Positions 1 through 9,708 of a DNA stretch of 64,000 nt are shown here, in pieces. Positions within the stretch are counted from its first letter, which is position 1, and each line of letters begins with the position of its first letter. Origin of the DNA: a virus. The notes under the pieces were generated by a model. That model was not told where the DNA came from, did no database searches, and saw only the letters and a list, made by a program, of their open reading frames with translations. A program made the translations under genes and the position numbers. The DNA lies in IMG/VR virus record IMGVR_UViG_3300042914_002167; one strand, given 5' to 3'.

Positions 1-1364
1 TTTTGGCAGGTACTGGTGCGGGTCAAGTGGTGGCCATTGCAAGCAACACTGCTACAGCTTTGACAATTGTTGGTAACTGGGAAGTAACTCCTGACACTAC
101 GTCTGTGTACGTAATTCAAGGTGACCCAGACAAGTTTTACCTATTCGCTGGTGGTATTGCTGGTACGCCAATCTTAAATTTCAGCTCTCAAGTTCAAACT
201 TTTGGTCGTCAACAAGATTGGGGTATTGCCAGAAATGCCGCAGCAACTGTGGGTGGATATCAACCAGTCGCAATTGCTTCACTTGCTAATGCAACAACCA
301 CGGCAACGGTTACAACTGCACATCCTCATCAGTTTAAGGTTGGTGAATTGGTTACGGTCCGCGGCGCAACAGATGCAAACTTTAACGTAACCAACGTTGC
401 AATTGCTACTGTACCTTCAGCGACTACATTTACTTATACAATGGCAGGAACTCCTGCTGCAACTACAATTCCTGGTACTCAGTCTACTACAACACTCACA
501 GACGGTTCTAAGAGTTGGACAGTTAACCAGTGGGCAGGCTTTATCTGCTACATGTACGCAGCAACTCCAACCGCTGCATCAGGTTCAACTACAGGTCAAG
601 TATTGCGAATTATAAGCAACACTGCTACAACCTTAACCTTTGCTGTAGCAGGTACCGCACCAACAAACGGTATCAATCGTTATTCTATCTGTACTAGTTC
701 AGCAATTGGAGCAACTGACTTTGGTGTTGCCACGGGTACACACAGCACAACAACACTGCAAGATACCAGCAAAACTTGGGCAGTAAACATCCATGCTGGT
801 AAAAGAGCTCGTATCTTAACAAGTCCTGGCGGTCCCGTTGAAGCGATCATTCTTAGCAATACTGCTAATACCCTAACATTCTCAGCCGCGTTAGGTGCTG
901 CACCTGTTAGTGCTCAAACAGGTTATGTAATTATCGAACCTACTGTAAGAGGTCTTGGCACTACAGCAAATTGGGCGTTTGGTACTAGTGTTGCAGCCCT
1001 TCGTGGTCGGTACATGTACACTACTCGTGGCGGTGCTAATACTGGTTTTGATCGCTGGGACGTTACCACAGATCGCGTTAGCTTGATGACAACTTCGCCA
1101 CTTACAGAAACATTGACTACTGGTACTATGGCAGCGTATGATGGAAAAGATCGTATCTACTTCCACAAAGACAACACTCAACGTGTTTACAGCTTGAACG
1201 TAGTAACTGCAAACGTTAATGGTGCTTCAATGTATCCGTATGTTGCTCCTACAGCAATCATTGGCAACCGAATGGAGATTATTAGAACAAAAGACGGCTT
1301 GAAGTACATCTGGCTCAACCGAGCATCTTTTGCAGAGTGCTTCCGTTGCTTGGCTTTCTGGTAA
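1..1364 (+). CDS. Virion structural/fibre-like protein, 5'-truncated
   Basis: Open from the window edge. Thr/Ala/Gly-rich beta repeats (TTLTDGSKSWTVNQW / TTLQDTSKTWAVNIH, IISNTATTLTF / ILSNTANTLTF). Confidence 0.55.
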   Translation, partial: LAGTGAGQVVAIASNTATALTIVGNWEVTPDTTSVYVIQGDPDKFYLFAGGIAGTPILNFSSQVQTFGRQQDWGIARNAAATVGGYQPVAIASLANATTTATVTTAHPHQFKVGELVTVRGATDANFNVTNVAIATVPSATTFTYTMAGTPAATTIPGTQSTTTLTDGSKSWTVNQWAGFICYMYAATPTAASGSTTGQVLRIISNTATTLTFAVAGTAPTNGINRYSICTSSAIGATDFGVATGTHSTTTLQDTSKTWAVNIHAGKRARILTSPGGPVEAIILSNTANTLTFSAALGAAPVSAQTGYVIIEPTVRGLGTTANWAFGTSVAALRGRYMYTTRGGANTGFDRWDVTTDRVSLMTTSPLTETLTTGTMAAYDGKDRIYFHKDNTQRVYSLNVVTANVNGASMYPYVAPTAIIGNRMEIIRTKDGLKYIWLNRASFAECFRCLAFW

Positions 1365-1374
1365 AGGAAGTTGT

Positions 1375-1539
1375 ATGTTATTACAAGACATTATACAAAT
1401 CCTTAATAACAGGTTGGAGTCCTTGAAAGCTAAAAAGAACATAGCGATCGCCTCCGGAGAACTAGAACAGGTCACTCAGTTAGATTCAGAAATTGCCGAA
1501 ACTATGGTAACATTAAATCAACTCAAAACGTTGGTTTAA
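1375..1539 (+). CDS. Small coiled-coil hypothetical protein
   Basis: ATG 1375 follows AAGGAAG; MLLQDIIQILNNRLESLKAKK... Confidence 0.6.
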   Translation: MLLQDIIQILNNRLESLKAKKNIAIASGELEQVTQLDSEIAETMVTLNQLKTLV

Positions 1540-1610
1540 GGTGAGTTAACCCCTTGTTGCAGTATTCTAAGATACAGGTAATAGTGTAACCACCCAATTA
1601 GGAATAATCT

Positions 1611-3473
1611 ATGTCACTATTAACCCTGTTGAGTTCTGCCGGCGAGGCGGGGATAGTAGTAGGCAATGTATCTGAGATCAGTTTAGCGACTTCTGATTCC
1701 AGTGTCGCTAATGTTGTATTTGTAAGCACACTAAGTGAACCAAGTTTAGCGACTTCTGATTCCAGTGTCGCTAATGTTGTATTTGACATCAGTTCAAGTG
1801 AACAGGAACTATCAGCAACTGCTACTGAGTCAGCTAATGCTGAATTCGTAAGCACCCTAAGTGAAACGACATCAACATCAGAGACCGAATCTGCTGATGT
1901 AACATCAACTCTGAATGTATCGGAATCTACATCTACATCAGAGACCGAATCCGCGAATGCTGTATTTGCTGTAACTCTATCTGAAGATTCTGTTGCGACA
2001 TCAACAACAGAATCTTTTGATGGTTCTTCATTAGAAACAGTTTCCGAAACAAATTCTATATCATCAACAGAATCTGCTAATGCTGTATTCTTAAGCACGC
2101 TAAGTGAAACGAATTCCACAACATCAACAGAATCAACTAATGCTGAATTCACTTCTACCCTAAGTGAACCAGAACTATCAGCATCATCAACAGAATCTGC
2201 TAATGCTGTATTTGCTGTAACTCTATCTGAAGATTCTGTTGCGACATCAACAACAGAATCTTCTGATGGTTCTTCATTAGAAACAGTTTCCGAAACAAAT
2301 TCTGTAACTGCTACAGAATCTGCTAATGCTGAATTCGTAAGCACGCTAAGTGAACCAGAACTATCAGCAACTGCTTCCGAATCTTCTAATGCTGAATTCG
2401 TAAGCACACTAAGTGAAACAAATTCAACAGCATCTACAGAATCAACTAATGCTGTATTCACTTCTTTCCTAAGTGAAACCGTATCAGCGTCTTCAACTGA
2501 ATCTTCTGGTGGCGTTCAATCAGAAACAGTTTCCGAAACAAATTCTGTCACTTCTACAGAATCTTCTAATGCTGAATTCGTAAGCACACTAAGTGAAACA
2601 AATTCAACAGCATCTACAGAATCAACTAATGCTGAATTCGTAAGTACTCTAAGTGAAACGACTTCAACGGATTCGTCAGAACTTTCTAGCGCAAATGTAG
2701 TATCAAGTCTCAGTGAAACCTCTGTCGCAACATCTGCATCAGAGATTGCCTCAATTTTATCAACAAGAGTATTGAATGAAACATCTGCATCGGTTACAGA
2801 TGTTGCAAATGCTTCTTTTGTGGCACTTGCATCGTCAGATGAATCTAGTGTAATAACTTCAAGTGAAAATTCTACTGTCACCGCAGCATCAAGCGTATCT
2901 GAATCAACATCGTCTACAGAAGTATCGTCAAGTCAATTAACTGCAAACGCAACACTAAATGAAAGCACATCTACATCAGAGTCGATTGTTGCTGATATTT
3001 TCATTGATTTTTCAGAAGTTCCTGTTTCTTCAAGTGATTCAATAACGGCATCTTTAGCATTTAATAGAAGCGTTAGTGAGTCTACAAACGCAACAGATTT
3101 TGTAGATTCCATTGCTGCAAGATTTGGAAAACCAACTCTACCGCTGAACACCGCACATATAATCAGAAGAAATTATCCTAGAAATGTGAGTGTGTTTTTC
3201 AGAGCATCATTTGATCATATATCATCTGTATCTGGGCTGCAGCCAGAGATCAGTATAAGTAAAGAAGGAAGTCCATTCACCACTGTCAATAGAACAGTTA
3301 CAGATTTGGGTGATGGAATATATTCAATCGCACTGTTAGCGTCTGATACTGATACTTTAGGTGAATTGACTATTCTTGCAAAAGATCCATTCAATCTTGC
3401 AGACAACACGGCGATTGCAGCAACCGTGCAAGATGAATATTTGACAAAGGGCGAGTTTCTTGCTTTGAATTAG
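1611..3473 (+). CDS. Ser/Thr/Glu-rich tandem-repeat protein, probably a virion surface protein
   Basis: 620 aa with ~20-aa repeats of the type LSETNSTASTESTNAEFVST and a non-repetitive C-terminus; SD AGGA. Confidence 0.7.
   Translation: MSLLTLLSSAGEAGIVVGNVSEISLATSDSSVANVVFVSTLSEPSLATSDSSVANVVFDISSSEQELSATATESANAEFVSTLSETTSTSETESADVTSTLNVSESTSTSETESANAVFAVTLSEDSVATSTTESFDGSSLETVSETNSISSTESANAVFLSTLSETNSTTSTESTNAEFTSTLSEPELSASSTESANAVFAVTLSEDSVATSTTESSDGSSLETVSETNSVTATESANAEFVSTLSEPELSATASESSNAEFVSTLSETNSTASTESTNAVFTSFLSETVSASSTESSGGVQSETVSETNSVTSTESSNAEFVSTLSETNSTASTESTNAEFVSTLSETTSTDSSELSSANVVSSLSETSVATSASEIASILSTRVLNETSASVTDVANASFVALASSDESSVITSSENSTVTAASSVSESTSSTEVSSSQLTANATLNESTSTSESIVADIFIDFSEVPVSSSDSITASLAFNRSVSESTNATDFVDSIAARFGKPTLPLNTAHIIRRNYPRNVSVFFRASFDHISSVSGLQPEISISKEGSPFTTVNRTVTDLGDGIYSIALLASDTDTLGELTILAKDPFNLADNTAIAATVQDEYLTKGEFLALN
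1680..2660 (+). repeat. Degenerate ~60-63 bp coding tandem repeats with longer internal duplications
   Basis: Recurrent ctaagtgaaac...gaatc..ctaatgctgaattcgtaagc units; a ~100 bp block near 1956 recurs near 2202. Confidence 0.85.
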
Positions 3474-3480
3474 CAATGTT

Positions 3481-3488
3481 TATAAATA
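3481..3488 (+). promoter_or_regulatory. T4-type late promoter (gp55-dependent)
   Basis: TATAAATA upstream of gp67. Confidence 0.85.
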
Positions 3489-3507
3489 GATAAAAAGGAG
3501 ATAAATT

Positions 3508-3732
3508 ATGAGCGATGAACTAAAAAATGCAATTGCGTCAGTTTTTGAAACTGATCCTTCAGCATTCAAGAGTGCAATTTTTGATATTTTGGGAGCAAAA
3601 GTTTCTGACAAACTCCATGCTGCAAAAGTAGATTACGCATCAAGTGTTTTTGATCAATCTGATGATTCAGATGATGAAGAATACGAAGAAAATTCAATTG
3701 AAACAGGGGAAACAACAGATGAAGAAGTTTAG
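3508..3732 (+). CDS. gp67: Prohead core protein gp67-like
   Basis: Small protein with a helical N-terminus and acidic tail, placed before gp68-21-22-23; SD AAGGAG. Confidence 0.7.
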   Translation: MSDELKNAIASVFETDPSAFKSAIFDILGAKVSDKLHAAKVDYASSVFDQSDDSDDEEYEENSIETGETTDEEV

Positions 3733-5056
3733 TTCTTTCGTTAGTCAACTAGATGAGTTGACTGGCGTTGCACCTAAGTCTAAGGGTGAACACAAGTTCG
3801 TTCACTCAACTTATCTCGCTCAGATCAAAGATCCAGGTGATCTAGAGAAAGTTGGTCCTGAAGAGATTGGTCCTCATGACACGAAAACAGGTTCTGGTAA
3901 GAGACCGGCAGACAGACTAGACAACAAGCAAAAGTTTGGTGAGTCAGTTGACCTAGAAGAGAACTATCGCGTACTTGCACAAAAAGGCATTGGTGCTGAA
4001 AGAAAGCAAGACATCAAGGTTGGTCACGGAGTTGACTATTATCATCCAAAAGATGGGTCTAAGCACATGGGCAAGATTCATGATATGAGTGATAAGGGAT
4101 ATACTGTCAAGGACGACAAGACTGGCGAGAAGCACAAGTTTGATTACTTCAGAAAAGAAGAAGTTGAGCATGTTGAAGAGGGAAGAGGCGCATACGATGA
4201 ACTAGCGAGGCGCATGGGCACTAGCAGCCCCGGATTCAACAAGACTCCTGCTGGCAAAGCTAGAGAACAAAAGCGCAGACAAGAACATCTAAAGGGTCAA
4301 ATGCAGTTCACTCAGAGAATGGGTGGGCTCACTGGTCCTAAGGGTAAGTTGCCAGAAGAAGTTGAACTTGAAGAGGGTTACGAAAAGGTAGTTCTCAACT
4401 TTCTAAAAAATAAAGGCATTGATGCAGATTTCAGGTATGGAAAACTTCATGTTGACAAACGCGACATGCAAAAAGCAAAGTCTGCATTAGCAAAAGCAGA
4501 TTCATTTGATGCGAAAAATTTGCAAATTGTTGCCGAAGAAGTTGAACTAGAAGAAGCCGAAATTCATAAACCAGGAACAAAAGTAAGAGTTCCACACAAC
4601 GGTAAGATGGTTTCTGGTAAAGTCGTAAGACACGATAAGGGTGACAAGCACGGAAGTCCACATTATGTCGTAGATGTGGGTGGCTATCGTTCAGAAAATA
4701 TTCCAGCACACAAAGTTCAAAAAGAAGAAGTTGAACTAGAAGAAGCCGACTTCTCCAAAGCACAGACAACAATGGCACACACAATCGGTAAATACTTCAA
4801 GAAGAAGGGTGTCGGAGACGAATCTAAAGGTGGTCCATTTGCAGTTGCATCAGCAATGGTAAGAGACAAGCCAGCTTCAGCAAAGAAAGCATACACAACA
4901 ATCAAAGCAAAGATGAAGAACGAAGATCATCAAGACATGCTAATGGCACTCTATGATTCTCTAAATGAAGAGAATCAAAGTATGTTTGAGTCTATGATTG
5001 AAACTGATCCAGAAAAACTTCTTGCTTTTGCAGAATCAGTTTTGTCTAAGGAGTAA
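3719..5056 (+). CDS. Modular internal-head polyprotein with repeated EEVELEE linkers
   Basis: Starts MKKFSSFVSQLDE; basic modules separated by ESVDLEE, EEVEHVEE and 3x EEVELEE; located inside the head operon. Confidence 0.65.
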   Translation: MKKFSSFVSQLDELTGVAPKSKGEHKFVHSTYLAQIKDPGDLEKVGPEEIGPHDTKTGSGKRPADRLDNKQKFGESVDLEENYRVLAQKGIGAERKQDIKVGHGVDYYHPKDGSKHMGKIHDMSDKGYTVKDDKTGEKHKFDYFRKEEVEHVEEGRGAYDELARRMGTSSPGFNKTPAGKAREQKRRQEHLKGQMQFTQRMGGLTGPKGKLPEEVELEEGYEKVVLNFLKNKGIDADFRYGKLHVDKRDMQKAKSALAKADSFDAKNLQIVAEEVELEEAEIHKPGTKVRVPHNGKMVSGKVVRHDKGDKHGSPHYVVDVGGYRSENIPAHKVQKEEVELEEADFSKAQTTMAHTIGKYFKKKGVGDESKGGPFAVASAMVRDKPASAKKAYTTIKAKMKNEDHQDMLMALYDSLNEENQSMFESMIETDPEKLLAFAESVLSKE

Positions 5057-5058
5057 TC

Positions 5059-5517
5059 ATGCCAGATGCAGTAACGACACAAGTTCTAAAAGATCACGCT
5101 GGTGGATATGCAGTAAAGCTAACTAACATTTCTGATGGTACAGGTGAAAATAATGTCATCAAAGTTGATGCATCTACACTTGTAGCAAACACTGGAGTTG
5201 GAGCAGAGAGACTTTCAATTACAAAATTGTTGTGGTCTGTTGCATCCGGAACATCTTCAACAATGTCACCTAGAGTTGTTCTATCTTGGGCTGGATCATC
5301 AAACACAGTTATCGCAACACTCACTGGTTCTGGATATTGGGATTTATCATCTGGTGCACAAGCTCCATTCATAAATAATGCACCAACACCAACAGGAGAT
5401 ATTCTGTTGTCTACAGCAGGCTTCACTGCAAATGCTGCATACACAGTTGTCATTGAGGGTAAGAAGGGCGCTGGTTTCGCAAGTCGTGAATCCACTGATG
5501 ATGGTATTTCACCATGA
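5059..5517 (+). CDS. Conserved head-region hypothetical/structural protein
   Basis: 152 aa, beta-rich, SD AAGGAG, between the gp67 region and gp68. Confidence 0.6.
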   Translation: MPDAVTTQVLKDHAGGYAVKLTNISDGTGENNVIKVDASTLVANTGVGAERLSITKLLWSVASGTSSTMSPRVVLSWAGSSNTVIATLTGSGYWDLSSGAQAPFINNAPTPTGDILLSTAGFTANAAYTVVIEGKKGAGFASRESTDDGISP

Positions 5518-5786
5518 TTCGTTTCAAAGAGTTCATTTCTGAAGCTAGAACGGAAAGAGTAAATCGCATCCGTCATGGTAAAATTCAGAAGAGAGTTCTT
5601 GTTAGCAGAGTTCCTGGATACAAAGTAGAAGATGGTAGACTTGTCAAGATGTCATATCAAGAGATAAGACACAGAGAAGTTGCACAGAGAAAAGCTGCTA
5701 GAAAAAGAAAAGCGATGATGAATCAAATCGTCAGAAAAATGAAGATGTCACTGAGAAAAAGAAAAACTGCGGGGTTCAACAAATGA
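5514..5786 (+). CDS. gp68: Prohead core protein gp68-like
   Basis: K/R-rich, N-terminus MIRFKEFISEA, directly upstream of gp21. Confidence 0.65.
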   Translation: MIRFKEFISEARTERVNRIRHGKIQKRVLVSRVPGYKVEDGRLVKMSYQEIRHREVAQRKAARKRKAMMNQIVRKMKMSLRKRKTAGFNK

Positions 5787-6433
5787 AACTAATCACAGAA
5801 CTGGTAGAAGATGTCAAGTATGTAACAGAAGCAACCGAAAATGGAAAGAAAAATCTTTACATTGAGGGCATCTACATGCAGGCTGAGAAACCAAATCGGA
5901 ACGGAAGAATGTATCGCATGGAGACTCTAGAAAGAGAAACAAAGCGTTACAACGAAGAGTATGTTATGAAGGGGCGCGCTTTCGGTGAATTGGGTCATCC
6001 ATCAGGACCAACCATCAATCTAGAAAGAGCATCACACTTGATCAAGTCTCTGAAATCGGAAGGCACGGACTTCTACGGTAGAGCAAAGATTCTAGACACA
6101 CCATACGGAAACATCGTAAAGAACTTGATTGATGAGGGCGCCACACTTGGCGTTTCCACTCGAGGCATGGGAAGTCTAAAAGAGGGCAAAGATGGAGTCA
6201 AGATCGTCGAAGATGATTTCTATCTCGCAACAGCAGCCGATATTGTAGCGGATCCATCAGCACCAGATGCATTCGTTCGCGGCATCATGGAAAGCAAAGA
6301 GTGGGTTTGGGATAACGGTGTCATTCGCGAAATGGACATCAATACATACAAGAATGCTATCAAGAAAGCGTCAAGTAAAGAATTGACTGAAATGAAACTA
6401 AAAGTTTTCAAAGATTTCCTAGGAAAACTTTGA
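5783..6433 (+). CDS. gp21: Prohead protease
   Basis: MKLITE, NRNGRMY, GELGHP, GVSTRGMGSL, DIVADPSAPDAFV. Confidence 0.95.
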   Translation: MKLITELVEDVKYVTEATENGKKNLYIEGIYMQAEKPNRNGRMYRMETLERETKRYNEEYVMKGRAFGELGHPSGPTINLERASHLIKSLKSEGTDFYGRAKILDTPYGNIVKNLIDEGATLGVSTRGMGSLKEGKDGVKIVEDDFYLATAADIVADPSAPDAFVRGIMESKEWVWDNGVIREMDINTYKNAIKKASSKELTEMKLKVFKDFLGKL

Positions 6434-6455
6434 TGAAAGTAGCAAAACATCATTT

Positions 6456-6463
6456 TATAAATA
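6456..6463 (+). promoter_or_regulatory. T4-type late promoter
   Basis: TATAAATA upstream of gp22. Confidence 0.85.
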
Positions 6464-6499
6464 CATAAATGATTGATTCAAATACAAAGGAGAATTCTT

Positions 6500-7234
6500 A
6501 TGGGAATCGAAACTAAAGAACACATTGATGCTCTATTCAGCGGAGAAGAACTATCAGAACAATTCAAAGATCAGGCGAAAGCAATCTTTGAAGCGGCTGT
6601 TCAATCTAAAGTAGAAGAGCACAAGACACAACTAGAAGAAGAGATGGAAGGGCTTCTTGAGCAAAAAACTCTAGAAATCACTGAAACTCTTGTTTCAAAG
6701 ATTGACGACTATCTTGACTATGTTGTGACTGAATGGATGGAAGAAAATAAAGTTGCAATCGAAACTGGTCTAAAAGCTGAAATGGCAGAAGACTTTATGG
6801 TTGGTCTGAAGAATCTATTCACAGAACACTATATCACTATTCCTGAAGATAAAGTTGATATTGTTGAAGGTATGGCTGAAAAAGTCGAATCGCTACAGCA
6901 AGACTTGGATTCAGCGATCACAGAAAGAGCAGAATTGATTGATCAGCTAAACACATACAAGAAGCAACAAATTGCATTTGAAGTTTCAGAAGACCTTTCT
7001 GAAGTTCAGATGGCAAAATTGCAATCGCTGGCAGAACACATTGAGTTTGTGTCTGAGGGTGATTACAAAGAAAAACTTCTTTTGACAAAGAAGAAGTATT
7101 TTGAGTCTAAGGAATCCGAAGACTCGGTGATCGATTCACAAAGTAGTCTTGATTCCGAAGAATCTCTGGACGAATCATTCTCACCAGTAATGAGCCGTTA
7201 TGTACAGAGCATTTCAAGAAATGTGAAAAAGTAA
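6500..7234 (+). CDS. gp22: Prohead core scaffold protein
   Basis: Acidic coiled coil with ALFSGEELSE, IFEAAV, DYLDYVVTEWMEEN; between gp21 and gp23. Confidence 0.92.
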   Translation: MGIETKEHIDALFSGEELSEQFKDQAKAIFEAAVQSKVEEHKTQLEEEMEGLLEQKTLEITETLVSKIDDYLDYVVTEWMEENKVAIETGLKAEMAEDFMVGLKNLFTEHYITIPEDKVDIVEGMAEKVESLQQDLDSAITERAELIDQLNTYKKQQIAFEVSEDLSEVQMAKLQSLAEHIEFVSEGDYKEKLLLTKKKYFESKESEDSVIDSQSSLDSEESLDESFSPVMSRYVQSISRNVKK

Positions 7235-7239
7235 ATTTT

Positions 7240-7247
7240 TATAAATA
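7240..7247 (+). promoter_or_regulatory. T4-type late promoter
   Basis: TATAAATA upstream of gp23. Confidence 0.85.
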
Positions 7248-7284
7248 ACATCAGAGTTTTACAAATACTCAAAGGAGAAAACTT

Positions 7285-8598
7285 ATGTCAGTAGAAGCAC
7301 TTGTAAAAAAATGGAGTCCAGTTCTTGAACACTCTGAACTATCAGCAATCAAGGACAATCACAGAAGAGCGGTTACCGCACAACTTCTAGAGAACCAAGA
7401 AATCGCACTTCGCGAAGGTTCTTCAGGCGGATATCAGTCACAATCATCACTGTTGTCAGAAGCAGCCCCAACAAACAACATGGGTCTATCTTCTTCAACA
7501 GCTGGTCAAGGTGGTATCGACACATACGATCCAGTTCTAATCAGCTTGGTTCGTCGTGCAATGCCAAATCTTATCGCGTATGACATCTGCGGCGTTCAGC
7601 CAATGACTGGTCCTACAGGCTTGATCTTCGCAATGCGTTCTAACTACACAGTACAGCGTGGTACAGAAGCACTGTTCAACGAAGCAAATACAGCATTCTC
7701 TGGTGTCGGTGGTCAAGCTGGGTCTACACCTGCTCTTGCTAACGCTACAAACTACACATACGGCACAGCAATGTCTACTATACGTGCAGAATCATTGGGT
7801 GATGGCACAAACGCATTCGCTGAAATGGCATTCACAATCGACAAGATTGCTGTTACTGCTAAGAGCCGTGCATTGAAGGCAGAGTACACAATGGAATTGG
7901 CACAAGACTTGAAGGCAATTCACGGTCTTGACGCTGAACAAGAATTGTCAAACATTCTTTCCACAGAAATTCTTGCTGAAATCAACCGTGAAGTTGTTCG
8001 TACAATCAACTCTACAGCTACTGTTGGCGCACAAGAAAACGTTGCAATCGCAGGTACATTCGACCTAGACGTTGACGCTAACGGTCGTTGGTCTGTTGAG
8101 AAGTTCAAGGGTCTAATGTTCCAACTAGAGCGCGAAGCTAACGCAATTGCTAAGGCAACTCGTCGCGGTAAGGGTAACGTTATGATCTGTTCTTCTGACG
8201 TTGCATCAGCACTTCAGATGGCAGGTGTTCTTGACTACACTCCAGCACTTGCAAACAACTTGCAAGTTGACGACACAGGCAATACATTCGCAGGTGTTCT
8301 AAACGGTCGTGTCAAGGTTTACATCGATCCATATTTCGCAGCATCTGCTGGCGTTCACTACGCAACTATGGGTTACAAGGGAACTTCAGCATTTGACGCT
8401 GGTTTGTTCTACTGCCCATACGTTCCACTACAGATGGTTCGTGCTGTCGGTCAAGACACATTCCAACCTAAGATTGGCTTCAAGACACGTTACGGCATGG
8501 TTGCAAACCCATTCGCAACATCTGCTGGCGATGGCGCTGTAGCATTCGCTAATAAGAATCTGTACTATCGCAGATTCGCGATTACAAACTTGATGTAA
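7285..8598 (+). CDS. gp23: Major capsid protein
   Basis: LVRRAMPNLIAYDICGVQPMTGPTGLIFAMR, KSRALKAEYT, FQPKIGFKTRYG. Confidence 0.98.
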   Translation: MSVEALVKKWSPVLEHSELSAIKDNHRRAVTAQLLENQEIALREGSSGGYQSQSSLLSEAAPTNNMGLSSSTAGQGGIDTYDPVLISLVRRAMPNLIAYDICGVQPMTGPTGLIFAMRSNYTVQRGTEALFNEANTAFSGVGGQAGSTPALANATNYTYGTAMSTIRAESLGDGTNAFAEMAFTIDKIAVTAKSRALKAEYTMELAQDLKAIHGLDAEQELSNILSTEILAEINREVVRTINSTATVGAQENVAIAGTFDLDVDANGRWSVEKFKGLMFQLEREANAIAKATRRGKGNVMICSSDVASALQMAGVLDYTPALANNLQVDDTGNTFAGVLNGRVKVYIDPYFAASAGVHYATMGYKGTSAFDAGLFYCPYVPLQMVRAVGQDTFQPKIGFKTRYGMVANPFATSAGDGAVAFANKNLYYRRFAITNLM

Positions 8599-8626
8599 TC
8601 AATATAGCCGACATAGATCGGAATTC

Positions 8627-8655
8627 AAAGAGGCTCTTCGGAGCCTCTTTTTTTT
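8627..8655 (+). terminator. Rho-independent terminator with cUUCGg tetraloop
   Basis: AGAGGCTC-TTCG-GAGCCTCT followed by a T run, after gp23. Confidence 0.92.
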
Positions 8656-8694
8656 GTCTCATAAATATATGCATATTTCAGACAAGAGGATGAC

Positions 8695-9213
8695 ATGGCA
8701 GAATTTTATAAAGAACCAATCAACAAGAGTTTTCTCTCAAATAATAAGTTTGAGTTTTCTATTCAGAGACTACCAAACTTCACCTTTTTTGTGCAGTCTG
8801 TTAATATTCCCAGTTTGACACTATTTGATAGTCGCATTGCTTCTCCATTCACAAGAGTTCAGGTGCCTGGTAACCAAATTGATTATGGAGAGTTGAGTCT
8901 CACTGTCATTATGGATGAAGATTTTCATGCATGGTTTGAACTCTACAATTGGATGACTAACTTAGGTAATCCAGAATCGTATGACAAAAGAGGCACATTG
9001 ACAAATACAGCAGGAAGAATAAACAGCGTCACTTCTGATGCTTCATTGATTGTAAAGACAAACTCAAACAATCCAAACTTCATTATAAACTTCAAAGATG
9101 TCTTTCCTGTCTCTATGTCCGATCTGACTTTCAGCGCGACAGAATCACAAGATTTTCTAACAATCTCAAGCACATTCTCATATACATCATATTCAGCAAG
9201 AAAGTATTCTTGA
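8695..9213 (+). CDS. gp3: Tail completion/sheath stabiliser
   Basis: FLSNNKFEF..RLPN..FFVQSVNIP, tail-tube-like fold; position after gp23. Confidence 0.8.
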   Translation: MAEFYKEPINKSFLSNNKFEFSIQRLPNFTFFVQSVNIPSLTLFDSRIASPFTRVQVPGNQIDYGELSLTVIMDEDFHAWFELYNWMTNLGNPESYDKRGTLTNTAGRINSVTSDASLIVKTNSNNPNFIINFKDVFPVSMSDLTFSATESQDFLTISSTFSYTSYSARKYS

Positions 9214-9238
9214 CTTTTATATCATTATGTGATATTAT
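9210..9238 (+). promoter_or_regulatory. Sigma70-like promoter
   Basis: TTGACT-17-TATTAT upstream of uvsY. Confidence 0.65.
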
Positions 9239-9270
9239 AATGACAATATGTATTGACTTGAGGACTTGTA

Positions 9271-9708
9271 ATGACATTAGACCAGATATCAGAGGAATGG
9301 CGAAAAGACGCAGGAATAGATTCAACAGAACTTGGGGCTGAATCACTGAAGATTCCTCAACTCCATAGTAAGTTCATGAAGATTTACTTTGATGAGAGAC
9401 AAAGACTTCGTGCTTATGAATTCAAGAGCAAGGCAACATTCCTCAAGAAGTATGAATACTACAATGGGCGAATGTCTCGCGAAGAACTTGAAGAAGCGGG
9501 ATGGGAGCCTTTTGTCAAGAAACTCATGAAGAATGAGGTTGACATGTATGTAGACTCCGATGCAGACATCGTTGATGTAAACATGAGAATCGTAGCACAG
9601 AAAGAAAAAATTGATTTTCTAGAAGAAGTGTTGAAGAATCTCAATCAGAGAAACTATCAGATAAAAAATGCAATTGATTGGCAGCGTTTTACCAATGGCG
9701 TCAACTGA
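9271..9708 (+). CDS. uvsY: Recombination mediator UvsY
   Basis: ESLKIPQLHSK, YEYYNG, RNYQIKNAIDW. Confidence 0.9.
   Translation: MTLDQISEEWRKDAGIDSTELGAESLKIPQLHSKFMKIYFDERQRLRAYEFKSKATFLKKYEYYNGRMSREELEEAGWEPFVKKLMKNEVDMYVDSDADIVDVNMRIVAQKEKIDFLEEVLKNLNQRNYQIKNAIDWQRFTNGVN

Noticed and set aside
1598-3409. Long minus-strand ORFs opposite the Ser/Thr repeat gene
   Set aside because: Shadow frames of a low-complexity repeat gene, with no SD or promoter support.
1680-4749. Repeat-spacer patterns as a possible CRISPR array
   Set aside because: The repeats are in-frame coding units, the spacing does not fit CRISPR, and no cas genes are present.
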